DNA from: Spirogloea muscicola
Taxonomy: Eukaryota
Assembly (NCBI GenBank): GCA_009602725.1
Contig: WELB01000006.1
Location: forward strand, 616,910-655,233
Direction: 5' to 3'
Length of the DNA stretch: 38,324 bases
Shown in pieces: positions 16,644 to 27,819 of the stretch. How positions within the stretch are numbered: position 1 is the first letter of the stretch; each line of letters starts with the position of its first letter. The position numbers and the translations under genes were made by a program. The notes below the pieces were generated by a model that saw only the letters and a list, made by a program, of their open reading frames with translations, had not been told where the DNA came from and did no database searches.

Positions 16644-18497
16644 TCAGGACACGTAGTCTAGGTCCTCGACGATGCCAATCTGCAGTGTACAAGCAAATCA
16701 TGAATTGTACGTCCTTGTTGGTCTTGCATCTCTCACTTAGGATGGTAGCCACATTATCAGTCACCACATCTAGTCTGCTGCTCACCTCTTCGTATGCAGA
16801 TGCTAGCTTCTCCCGGGAGTCAGGATAGTTGGTGTTGCACCAGCGTTGCATGGCAAAAATGTTGTCTGCAGTTTTAGATAGAATGACACACAAGCTGACA
16901 CATAAATCACATTCGTTCTGTAGCGGGGCACATGCTAGGTGTCAACATGCAGGCAGGCTGACGTCGTCAGACACACCAACAATGGCAACACAGTACCTGT
17001 CCAGCGGTTTGTAGCATCATGAGCCACTTTGATTGCATCTCCTGCACAGGTCTGCTGCAACGTCAGAATGTGCAATATCAACTATCTGGTAACAATAGGT
17101 TGCCGAGCTGCTGAATATCTGAGTAATCTACTAAGTCTTTGCAATGCTGAGCGAGTCTGCAAAGCACAGATGTCCATGACAGATCTGAGTGTGTACTCAC
17201 GCTTCCTTGCAGAGACTTCTGGATCATGCTCTGCATACTTAAAAATCTCAGCCTGACACGAGTTAACAGCAAGGTAGCTGCAATGAGGGTGGCCACTCCG
17301 TCCAGTAATACAAACTACAATACACACAGATGATGAGATTGCTCAGCGTTGCCATCAAACTTGGATAGCTTCTGCAGTCAAGCACTGACAGCTCACCTTG
17401 AGGGATTTTTCTTCATCCAGCAGCCTGGACAATCTAGCCAGGGCTGCTTCTCGATCTGCCTGCCAGCAATAGAACAGCAATAGAACTGAGTCATGCATGC
17501 TGAAGATGTTGCGGTGGTTAAGTCATGCAGGAGCAGAGCTCTGTAAATGGCAATGGTGGTGTGGTGCTCACTGATTCTTCTCTTCCACTCTTCATGTTTT
17601 CCAGCTGTTCCTCTAACTCTACTTTCTTGTTCTTTGTTGCAGCTAGTTCTCCTTCGTGCTTGCTGACACTTTGTTGGAGCTGGAGGTGGAGGTTGTCATG
17701 ATTTAGTCTGCTTTCAATTTGCACCTCAACTATGAAACCAATTGATGCAGTGCTTGAGCACTCTGCTCATCATCTGCTAAGGGATCACAGTTGCAGAGGC
17801 CACCATGTCCTACATGTGTACGCACTTTACCTGTTTACTTGCAAGGCTTGGAAGGCTCCAGAAATAGACCTGCAAGAGCCAATTAGAGACCTGCTAATCC
17901 TCATCTCTCTCCAGATGAGATGCTTGTTGGCCTTCGCAACTATAGGATGATCAGGAGAAGACGGAGGAGGAGCAGGGGGAGCTATAGGATGACTCACAGA
18001 TGTGCCTATTTTGTCTTTCATCACAAGGTCATCATCAACCAGCGCTTGCAGTACATCCTTCACAGCCTGGCTTATCACACCCTTCTTTGGCCCCAATCTC
18101 TCAAGCTCCTTAAGCTGCAAGCCTCACAATACAAATTTTCAGGTACCTTGATTGAACCGATTCGGAGCTCCTCTCATGCTCCTCGGAAGTTCCTCCAGAA
18201 GTTCCTGCTGACATGCTGCCAAAAGCTATTGGTAGGAGCATGCCAGATGCATTACCAACCCAGAATAGGGCGGCAGCACAGAATCCATGGACTCATAACA
18301 TGCGTCTCATACCAAGAAGAAGTCTTTGGTCTCGTAGAATATTTCCAACAGCTTGTCTCGTTTCTCCTCCAGAGACAGGCCCCTTCTCTTGCTCTGCAAG
18401 ACTTGGGCGGCTCGTCAGCACCTCAGCGGTGCGCAGGAGCGGCCAGCCATGCCCGGCAGAGTGAATGCGAGGTCGTACTACTGTCTGTGCGCACCAT
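16644..18497 (-). CDS. MND1: Meiotic nuclear division protein 1
   Basis: ATG (18497-18495) is followed immediately by a GT donor. Exons give [74 protein letters not shown], a coiled coil, then [16 protein letters not shown]...|[11 protein letters not shown] (stop 16644). All introns are GT-AG and in frame. Confidence 0.95.
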
Positions 18498-19113
18498 GCT
18501 GCCGCTCGCCGCAGGTCGCCAGGCGAGTGCCGGCTGCAGGGGCTGGGCCGCCGAGCGGTCGAGCCGACTGGGGAGCCGCAGGCGCCGCAGAATGCGGCGG
18601 GGCGGGCGCCTCCGCGGCGGAGGAGCCGGACCAGGCGGCGGCGGCGCCTCGTTCGTAATGGCTGTCCTCTGCGGGCTGGTGAGCGGCGCTTGAGAGCTGG
18701 CTAGCGGTGAGCAGCCTCTTGTCTCGTCGGCACGCAGAGGAGCACCCCTCCCCCGCGCTTTGCGTCAGCCCGCCTGACGGCAGGCCGGTGCCGCTGCTGC
18801 TGGTGACGCGCCCGCGCCCCGCCTGCTGGTCCAGGACCCCCGAGTACCTGACAAGCGGTCCTTCGGCGAAGGCCCCCGCCGGCGACTAATTTTGAGTCGC
18901 AAGGAAATTCTTATACGAAACTCGACATATCGGTCCTCCCTGCTAGCCGCGGGCCCGCAAGATGGCGCGGCCGGCGGCCCTGACCGGGTTGAGAGCGTCG
19001 CCCGGCTCAGACCCGGTCGAACACCGGCCGGTGATCGGCATGGGTACCCCGGTTAGCCCCGCGAGACGCTTCTTCCTTCTAGAGACCCTTTTGGGCCGTC
19101 GACAATCCAGTTG

Positions 19114-19170
19114 TGGGCTGGCTTTTTCCACCGCCAGAAACGACTGTATCACGTCTGACCGGAAGAGCGG
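19114..19170 (+). repeat. Solo copy of the retroelement 3' hairpin motif in the MND1-IscA intergenic region
   Basis: TGGGCTGGCTTTTTCCA (19114-19130) is identical to 398-414. It is followed by GGAAGAGC (19161-19168), matching the GGGMGAGC/GGAAGAG tail of the other copies. Confidence 0.55.
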
Positions 19171-19602
19171 TTCCTTCCATTATTCTGGCTTGGCTTTGGC
19201 CTCCCTCCCATCACATGCGCACCGCCAGCCTTGGTTCGGAAGAGGAGCTGCTTCCATAAACGCAGCAGCTTCCACAAGCTCACTTTCCACCAGTGCCTTC
19301 CCTTCTCCGCTCCGCCGCGCCCTCGCCGCCGCCGCCGCCGCCGCCGTCGCCGCCGCCACCGCCGCCGTCGCCGCCGCAGCGAGTTGCCTCCAAACGGACG
19401 TCCGCGCCTCCCGCAACCCGCTGCCCAGGCAGCAGCCCGGCGCGGGTCTCGCACCTGGCCTGCTGCTGGTAGTGCGGCGATCTGCTGAGGGCCGGCCGTT
19501 AGCTGGAATCAGCAGGTGCGCGACGGTGCCAGCCTGTGGAGCTCCGCACCCCGGGATGACTTAGACGGGCACAGGCAGTGATAGCCCTCGCCCTGCCGAT
19601 AC

Positions 19603-20945
19603 ATGGCAGCAGCAGCTTTGGCATCCTCGGCGCGCTCCGCTGCAGTGCGGGCGCCAGCGAAGCAGGTGAGCCCGCTGCCGGCCGACCCAGCAGGTGCCTC
19701 TTGCCGCAAGAGGAGTTGCACGCTGTAGCGAGAGAAGTCAATACAATACACTGTGCACTTTGAAGCCACTGCTCTACGGTGTTGTTNGGGGGAGGAGATG
19801 ATGCTTGCATGTGGATGTTAGTGATCTCGTTTCTGGGGTTTTGTCAGTGAGGACAAGTTGGATGCCAGGAGATTGTTCCCAAAGTAAGGCATGATGATTG
19901 AGAGTTATGCAGTGTATTCTCAGGCTCTCAACCTGACAGAGGCGGCGGCAAAGCGCATCCGGGACCTGCTGGACCAAAGGGGAAAGGAGTATCTGAAGCT
20001 TGGAGTCCGCACGCGGGGCTGCAACGGCTTGAGCTACACCCTCAATTACGCTGGTTAGCAGCACGCTCTTGCACCCTCACCACTTCAACTCTTTGGGTAG
20101 CCAGAGTGGCACTGCACTGGCCAAGCATCGTTCACCATGTCCCCATCATACACATGTCTGCTTCAGATCACAAGCCTAACCTCTTGGGTCATGTGGTGTA
20201 CATACCTCCAATTGCCTTAGGTTGCTCAGTAGTGTCTTATAATCAGGACTGTAGACATCAGCTGTCCCAGATCATGCAGGCTCACCAGTCTGCTGTCTTG
20301 GTTGGTGGGGGGTTTGGGTAATGCTTTGCACAGATGGCGCTGGCAGATTTGACGAGGTCGTGGAGGACAAAGGCGTGAAGGTCATCATTGATCCACGCGC
20401 CCTGATGCATGTCATTGGGACGCAGATGGACTTTGTTGACGACCGATTACGGTGAGCGTCTGTATATCTACTTCACCTGCTTTTCCTGGTGTCTTGCTGT
20501 AAGAGCCTGGCAACCTCAGTACTGAAGAGCGAGCGAAGGTCATTTATTGTTCTGAACCTAACGCCGTTGGCATCATGTTGGACTTAACTCATGAGGAACA
20601 GCTCTAAACTGTCTCACATCTCCGTCTCAAGCGCAACTGCACCCACCTCTCCCCCCCCCATCCCCCCCCAGCCCTTGGGGTTGCACTTATGAGCGGCCTT
20701 TCACAAGGCAGCTTGAGGTGCTCAAGGGAGCAAGAATCACATTGTTCCAGGGCCAGGCTTGGTCTTCAGGGCCAGGCTTGGTCAAAGTGGGCACATCCAG
20801 AGATGATCACGAATGTCAGGAATGCAACTCACCTGAGGTCCAGGTCATGCGTGTCTGTGTGTGCAGGTCAGAATTTATATTCATAAACCCAAACTCTAAG
20901 GGTGAATGCGGTTGTGGAGAGTCGTTCAAGACCCACGCTTCCTGA
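19603..20945 (+). CDS. ISCA1: Iron-sulfur cluster assembly protein IscA (A-type carrier, probably mitochondrial), 4 coding exons
   Basis: [129 protein letters not shown], with the conserved GC and CGCGESF motifs. Confidence 0.95.
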
Positions 20946-21795
20946 TGGGTTGAGTGCACCCGTGTACTGATAAATTAGTTTTTGTGCCTCCGACTCCTTG
21001 GAAACTTGGCCAAGGGGATGAGGTGCATGTATTTGTCTCCCTCAGAGGGAGCAGATGTGTCTCTTTGCTGCAGCTTATTGTCATCTGGTGCCCTGCTGTG
21101 CGCGACCTGGTAGAGGCATGTGTACTGATACCATCCTCTTGTAGATGCCGTATCTCCCAATTCTTTGGGCAATGCATTTGGGGCTCCTGTTGGTTGTTGA
21201 ATCCTTTCTGCGCTTTTGGGACAACAGCACCATCACAGTATCAATTTGGACATAGCTTGAACTTGGACGTTAATAAGCAGCAGACGACACAGATCAGCAG
21301 CAAGTAAGGAGATGCTCAATCGATAGGTTGTCTCTGTCTTGAGACATGACCGCAGTGCAATTTCTATAGCAGGTCATGCTCAATTGCGGCTACTTGTCAT
21401 CCTTTTGTGCCGTTGATTGGCACTGGTACTTGTGCAAATTGTGGCTGGAGGGCTGTGCACGAATACAGCGTTGCACAATACAGTCCAGCTCACATAGCGG
21501 GCAGCATTCTGCAACATGGTACCCACTACTATGTCTACTTGCACTATCTGACCGACAAGCTGCACAGTCTCCTAACTTCAAGTGGAATAATCAAAACTGG
21601 TCAATAGCTCCACCTTGCACTGGTAGGCGCAGGCAGCTACGTGCTTGTCTTAGCAGTGGGACAACCACCAGAGCTACCACGTCACATGGAACCCTAGGGC
21701 CCAGCATTGGCTCGGTGGAGCAGCGCAGGCACCTTGCAGCGTCAGCACGCCTGCCTCAACAGCCAGCCCAGCCCAGCGCTTGCACAGTGAAAGTC

Positions 21796-23675
21796 TCACA
21801 TGAGAGTCAGGCTGCTTTCACCGCCAGGCGGCTTTCGCAGGCCCCCAACCGACTCGCGTACCGCTGGCTTATCCTCGGCAAAGATGTTGCTTCCAACAAG
21901 CTCCCTGCGCTTGGCATCACTGAGCGGCAGGGCCGGCGCCTCATCCGCATATAGGCCCCGACCGAGGAGGTCAGCCACCTTGCGGTCATTCATCTTGCGC
22001 GGCGACGGCTCCGCCTCCACCTCTCCAAACACGATCTGGCTCTTCCTCCCTGCAGGCTGGACATAAAAACATAAAACTCAGCATTTCATTAAACTTGCCA
22101 AACCATTTGCTCAGGACCTTGTCGTAGTCAGTTGTGCAGCCTAGGTGGACCATTGCTGATCACATTTTCGCATATCACATTTTCGCATCTAAGCAACCTC
22201 TTCAACTGTCTCACCTAGTGACAATGCAAGCTACGTAGCAAAGCACTACATTTGAAAGCCCCAGCAAGGCCACACTGGTGCCAGCATCTTCTCCAGAATC
22301 TTAGATATGGCAGGCCAGGCTGTCGAAGTCAATGCATGACCTCAACCTCAAGTACAGCTAATAATCTGCAGAAGTCATCTGACATACACTGGTTTTTATA
22401 TAAACAACCTTGGTAAGGCTGCTTGCAGTTTCCGACATCAGCAGCTGACCTGCGAAATCCGGATGGATCGGCGATCGCCACTGATGCTCTGACTGCCGCC
22501 CTCACCTCCCACCTTGGCCAGGCTGCCCTCCATCTCCTTGAGCTTGGCAGACAGCATCTGCTTGCGTGAGGGCACATCATCCTGCGTCTCGCTGCTGCCC
22601 ACGAGCTCCTGCCGCTTGGCCTCTGACAGCGGCTTGGTCGGCGTCACCTGCTCCTCGCCAAAGCTGATCTGACTGATGCCACCAGCGGGCTGCAAGTCGC
22701 GAGTCGCAACAAGAGCAGGCCCTCAGTGGCAGGCGACTGTGGATCCTGCCGGCCACGCGCAGGTGGCACCTTGAGCTCGACATGGCCAAGTCGAGCGTCA
22801 CACCTGGTGCAAGCGGACGCTGGGCCGGTCGGTGATGACATTGCCGGTGTTCTGCTCTGCATTGCTGGCGTACGCATTTGAGGACACCTTCTCGGGCTCC
22901 GCGGCGAAGATGTTGCTCCCTGACATCTCCCGCAGCTTCGACGCGGACGGGTTCTTCCTGCGGGCCCGCTCGGCCAGGCCCCGGCGGCAGCGCCAGGGGT
23001 CAGCTCACCAGGCAGCCTCCAGTCATCGCCGCAGTGGACGCAAAGGCCAGACATTTGGCCACGGAGCGGCGGAGCAGCCACCACCACGCTCGGCAGCCAG
23101 GGACAACTGCTCAGCTCCTGCGCCACACTGCGGCCCTGCCTGGGCTCGCAGCAATGCGCCGCCTTTTTGGGGCTGGTGGCAGTCAGTGCCGCCAGCGGCA
23201 AGGCGGGCACCCACCTGCGGATGGGCTCGGGCTCGTCGACCTCGCCAAAGACGATCTGGCTGGGGCCACCGCCGGCCTGAGATAGCGGCGAGGAAAGTGG
23301 CGCCGTGCCGTCAGGCGAATGGGAGCCCGACGAGCGAGCGGCGCGCCGCCAGCCGAATCCCGCAAGCTGGTCGGAGCGGCAGCTAGATGCGGAAGCTGGC
23401 GGCGGCGGCCCACCATGCCGAGGCGTGCAGCCAGCCGGGGCGGCGAAGGCGGCGCCTGGGCCGCCGCGAATGGCGGGGCCAGGCGCCGCCTGCGTCCGCA
23501 GCAGCGTCAGCGGCGATGAGCGGCCTCGGAGGCTCACCGTGCTCAGGCGGCGGCCCCCCACCAGACTCGGCGATGACGCCGCCGGGCCGGCGCCGCCGTC
23601 CTCGGGCCAGCTGAAGTCGTGCGTGGTGCGGCTGCCGTGGGCGTGCGCCGCGCGCACTGCCATGGCGCCGTCCAT
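21796..23675 (-). CDS. DUF4057-family (plant HN1/Jupiter-like repeat) protein, 5 coding exons
   Basis: Begins MDGAMAVRAAHAHGSRTTHDFSWPE. Contains repeated (P)AGxxSQIxFGE and SxxKxRE(L/M)xGSNIFA motifs. The C-terminus GGLRKPPGGESSLTLM* resembles the end of plant DUF4057 proteins. Confidence 0.8.
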
Positions 23676-23776
23676 CACGCCAGACGGCGGCCGCTTGCTC
23701 CTCCGCACGCCCAGCTGCCGCGCGCCGGCGGGCGCGTCACGCAATATGGCTGCCGTAGAGCGGCGGCGGCGGCAGC

Positions 23777-23911
23777 NNNNNNNNNNNNNNNNNNNNNNNN
23801 NNNNNNNNNNNNNNNNNNNNNNNNNNNNNNNNNNNNNNNNNNNNNNNNNNNNNNNNNNNNNNNNNNNNNNNNNNNNNNNNNNNNNNNNNNNNNNNNNNNN
23901 NNNNNNNNNNN
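23777..23911. other. Assembly gap (N run)
   Basis: Run of N after a (CGG)n tract. Confidence 1.
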
Positions 23912-23960
23912 CCCCCCCCACCTCTCTCTCTTGCGCGCGCGCGCTCTCTGTCGGTCTTCA

Positions 23961-24220
23961 CGTCCATTCTTTTTGGCCATCTCTTTGCCGCGGTCCCTTG
24001 CCTTCGCGGTCCACTTGCGCGCCGGCCGCGCTGTGGCGGCGGCCTCCGGCTTCCGTCAGGGCGACGTCTTTCCGCCTGCTAGCGATTCAGACTTGCATCG
24101 GCTGACTACAGGTCACCGAGAGTCCGCTTGCTGCTGTCTCAGTCCTCAGCACTCCGGCTCCTTCGGACCTTGTCCATTCCTTTGGGGCTGGCCTCTCCCA
24201 GCCACCAGTCAATCTGGCCG
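23961..24220 (+). mobile_element. 5'-truncated RLE retrotransposon 3' end (copy C) with its 3' motif
   Basis: Reads LAISLPRSLAFAVHLRAGRAVAAASGFRQGDVFPPASDSDLHRLT, followed by GGCTCCTTCGGACCTTGTCCATTCCTTTGGGGCTGGCCTCTCCCAGCC (24156-24203). Confidence 0.7.
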
Positions 24221-24350
24221 CGCTTGCTTCTTTTTCTTGCCACCCCCTTACCTTTGACACCTTGGCATAGAGCTTCGATTTATGTAGCCTTGCTCATTCT
24301 GCACTTGAATTCTGCCCGAACATTGTATTGGCTTGAATGGCCTCCCTTTA

Positions 24351-24635
24351 GTCCATCGCATGCCATTGTCAGTCTCCCTTCAGCGGTCCATGGCACACGC
24401 CTTGAATCTGCGTGCTGGCCGGGCTCTCGCCTCTGGCTTTCGCCAGGGGGATAGTTCTCCAGCAGCTAGTCTGTCGGATTTGAGGCTCCTCACTCGTAGC
24501 TTTCTGAGTGGTCCATCCTCCACCCGTTCTGCCATAGCGGTTTAGGCCCCTCCGTCATTTGGCCCCTTCGAACCTTCGTCAATTCTTTTCGGGCTGGCTT
24601 TTCACAGCCCTTGCCCCCGTTGGGAGAGCCACTTC
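24351..24635 (+). mobile_element. 5'-truncated RLE retrotransposon 3' end (copy D) with its 3' motif
   Basis: Reads RMPLSVSLQRSMAHALNLRAGRALASGFRQGDSSPAASLSDLRLLTRSF and ends near TGAGTG like copy A. It is followed by GGCCCCTTCGAACCTTCGTCAATTCTTTTCGGGCTGGCTTTTCACAGCCC...GGGAGAGCC (24561-24630). Confidence 0.72.
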
Positions 24636-24760
24636 TTCTCCTTCCATTTCATGCGCTCTGCGCGCCTTCTCTCTTTCTGTGTCTTGGAACAGCTGTTCGT
24701 TGTTTAACTGCACACTGCCACTCCCTCACATTGGAAGGGCTGTTTGTTAAACGCTTTTCT

Positions 24761-24910
24761 GGCCGCTTCGGAATTTGTTCATCCACTTTTCTGAGCTGGC
24801 CATTCACAGCCATATGCCTCGACTGGAAGAGTCAGTTTTTATTACCCTTTGGCTGGCCTTTCACAGCTGGCCTTCTCCTCATCCCACAGTCGTTGCCTGT
24901 TGGAGAGAAA
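24761..24910 (+). repeat. Further degenerate copies of the retroelement 3' motif
   Basis: GGCCGCTTCGG...TTTTCTGAGCTGGCCATTCACAGCC...GGAAGAG (24761-24831) and TTTGGCTGGCCTTTCACAGC (24848-24867). Confidence 0.55.
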
Positions 24911-25273
24911 TTAAGCTCATCCAGAGGCACTAGCAAGGGCACGCCAAAGCCATGTGCTCTTGATTGGTATGCAGCTATTGCAGCAGTGCCACCAGCACTG
25001 GCAGCACCATGGGCTGAATGGACGTTTCTCCAGGTCTTCGTGGTATGCCCACTTACCTCAGCCCCACACAGCCTTCTCTCACACAATGCAGTGCCTTTCT
25101 TTCTTGCAAGTGTTGCATGTGAGAAGTGTAAACAAAAGGAGTGCAAAATCAAACAGGGAGGAAAGCGGGTACCGTGCAGACGTGTACATCATACTGGAGG
25201 GGAACGACAATGACAAGCACGGTTTCATGCAGTGCTGCCGACCTGTCCACTTGCATCCTGTCTTTGGCCACCT

Positions 25274-26884
25274 TCATGCTGAAGAGGTCTCTTCCGCTCC
25301 CTTGGCATTGCCAATCTGAGACTCTCGCCTTGCAGCTTCGCTTGCAGCAACTCCTACCTCTGCAGTAGGTGCCCTTGCCTTCAAGTTGTACTTGTCCAGA
25401 ACTCTATCTCGAGCCTGGGTGCTCTGGCCTTCGTGCTGATTCCCGGGTAGCCCGTCACCGCTGCTCTCGGCCAGGCGCTGAAGGGCTGCTTCGACCTCCT
25501 GAACTTTTGCCTGAAGCGTCCGCAGCTCCGCCACGGCCTTGCCGAGGCTGACTTTCTCCTCTGGCTGGGCGGTCAAGGCTCCACTCCTCGGCTCGCCAAC
25601 CCTCTGGCCACTTTTGTTGGTGAGGCTCTCCACTTGATCCACTTGGTCTCGTGCTGCAGTGGAGGGCTGCGGTGTGACCGCTCTTCGTCCTTGGCGTGCC
25701 TCCTTCTCCTGAGGCCGCAGCTAGGGCATGGCATGATCTCTGTCCTTTCGGTGCAGGTGGCACATGCAAAATGACAACACCGGTAGCCAATGCCATCCAA
25801 TGAGCAGAGGAAGTGCCCAGCTACATAAGCAGCCTCACCTTCTCATACGCGGCCATCTCCCCACGAGCGTACTGCGCAACCAAGTACACCCCTGGAGCAG
25901 GCGTTTTGCCGATTCGCATGTCAGCAACATAGCTTCGCACACTGGAGGCGGTGCTTTGCAGTAGCATGGCAAGAACCGCCGGCAGCTGGATGAGATACGA
26001 GCAGTGACTCATTATCGAGCATCGTGAAGACAATTGCAGTGCAACTGCAGTTCTGCGCCCCTGTTTGCGGGCAGCATGCGCACCAAGTGATGGGATGAGC
26101 GCAATGACAAAGTGCACCATGTGGAAATCCCACCTGCATCAACACAGAGCGCAGAAACTCAACAACTGCTTTTCATTTTCGTTCTCATAGAACAAGTGCA
26201 TGCTCTGAACACGACAGTGACCTTGGCTCATCTGCTGGCGTGTATACAGAAGCATACAAGGGCATGACCGTAGGTAGCTCAAGAGGAAGCAGCGCCGCAC
26301 ATGAATTTGGGCACACAATGCCGACCCTCATAGGCTTCAGGAAATATGGTCAAGTTTAGGGGTTCAGGGGGTTAGGGATTTGTGTCAGGGGTTTAGGTTT
26401 AGGATTTTGGATTTGAACTTCAAGGGCTTAAGAGTCAGGATTTACGGCTATGAGTAGTCATACAGCGACTGCATACAAGTGCTAAGCTGCCAGTGGTCCA
26501 AAGCCTTGCATTATATTGTTCGAGGCTTGTACTTGACACTTTGCAGTTGAGCATTTGGTGATGATGTAGGATAAGGAGGTGCGTGAGCTCGCCGCTCTCC
26601 ACCTCGGGGCCATATGGGGGCAGCGGAGCTGACCCGAACTTGCGGGGCCGCGGGGGCGGGGAGAGGAGGATCTGCGCCGCCTTCAGGAAGCTCAGCTCCT
26701 GGTCATCGGCCCTGCCGCCGCCTGGCTCGGGAGGCGGAGGCGACGACCTGCCAGCTGCCCATGTGCGCGCCGCCTGAGCTTCCGCTTCAGAGCTCGTCTG
26801 TGACGCAGCGCACACCCATGGAGGCAAACCACAGTTGGGGCGCGCGTGCTGCCGGGGAGCCTCGGCGGCCATTGCGGAGGCCAT
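25274..26884 (-). CDS. Uncharacterised single-pass membrane protein with a C-terminal coiled coil (plant-type family), ~4 exons
   Basis: Spliced core ELSFLKAAQILLSPPPRPRKFG|WDFHMVHFVIALIPSL|GVYLVAQYARGEMAAYEK|LRPQE...AELRTLQAKVQEVEAALQRL...EETSSA*. It resembles the KFGxDFH...PSLAVYLVAQYAR motif I recall from uncharacterised land-plant proteins. The start codon is tentative. Confidence 0.7.
26355..26410. repeat. Degenerate interstitial telomere-like repeat (TTTAGGG-type) in an intron
   Basis: Reads TTTAGGGG TTCAGGGG GTTAGGG ... TCAGGGG TTTAGG TTTAGG. Confidence 0.55.
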
Positions 26885-27060
26885 GGCCGGGGGTCAGCTC
26901 CGACGCCGCTGGAAGCCGCGAAGCGTGCCAAGTAGATGGGGTCCAGAGTGGCACTTCAGGTGCCGCAGCGGCCTAAGCAGCGTACGTCTGCCTGAGCTGC
27001 CGCTGGGCGCCAGCCGAGCCGCCGCGCTGGGCCTGCCGCGCCGCCGCCGCCGCCGCCGCC

Positions 27061-27819
27061 NNNNNNNNNNNNNNNNNNNNNNNNNNNNNNNNNNNNNNNN
27101 NNNNNNNNNNNNNNNNNNNNNNNNNNNNNNNNNNNNNNNNNNNNNNNNNNNNNNNNNNNNNNNNNNNNNNNNNNNNNNNNNNNNNNNNNNNNNNNNNNNN
27201 NNNNNNNNNNNNNNNNNNNNNNNNNNNNNNNNNNNNNNNNNNNNNNNNNNNNNNNNNNNNNNNNNNNNNNNNNNNNNNNNNNNNNNNNNNNNNNNNNNNN
27301 NNNNNNNNNNNNNNNNNNNNNNNNNNNNNNNNNNNNNNNNNNNNNNNNNNNNNNNNNNNNNNNNNNNNNNNNNNNNNNNNNNNNNNNNNNNNNNNNNNNN
27401 NNNNNNNNNNNNNNNNNNNNNNNNNNNNNNNNNNNNNNNNNNNNNNNNNNNNNNNNNNNNNNNNNNNNNNNNNNNNNNNNNNNNNNNNNNNNNNNNNNNN
27501 NNNNNNNNNNNNNNNNNNNNNNNNNNNNNNNNNNNNNNNNNNNNNNNNNNNNNNNNNNNNNNNNNNNNNNNNNNNNNNNNNNNNNNNNNNNNNNNNNNNN
27601 NNNNNNNNNNNNNNNNNNNNNNNNNNNNNNNNNNNNNNNNNNNNNNNNNNNNNNNNNNNNNNNNNNNNNNNNNNNNNNNNNNNNNNNNNNNNNNNNNNNN
27701 NNNNNNNNNNNNNNNNNNNNNNNNNNNNNNNNNNNNNNNNNNNNNNNNNNNNNNNNNNNNNNNNNNNNNNNNNNNNNNNNNNNNNNNNNNNNNNNNNNNN
27801 NNNNNNNNNNNNNNNNNNN
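27061..27819. other. Assembly gap (N run)
   Basis: N run flanked by (GCC)n and (TC)n/C-rich low-complexity sequence, within the divergent promoter region of two genes. Confidence 1.

Noticed and set aside
22161..22188. Short tandem duplications in introns (also ~9140-9168, 11611-11633, 17464-17486, 20747-20783) and a (TTG)n tract at ~9096-9113
   Set aside because: These are ordinary slippage or repair duplications with no shared sequence and no evidence of function.
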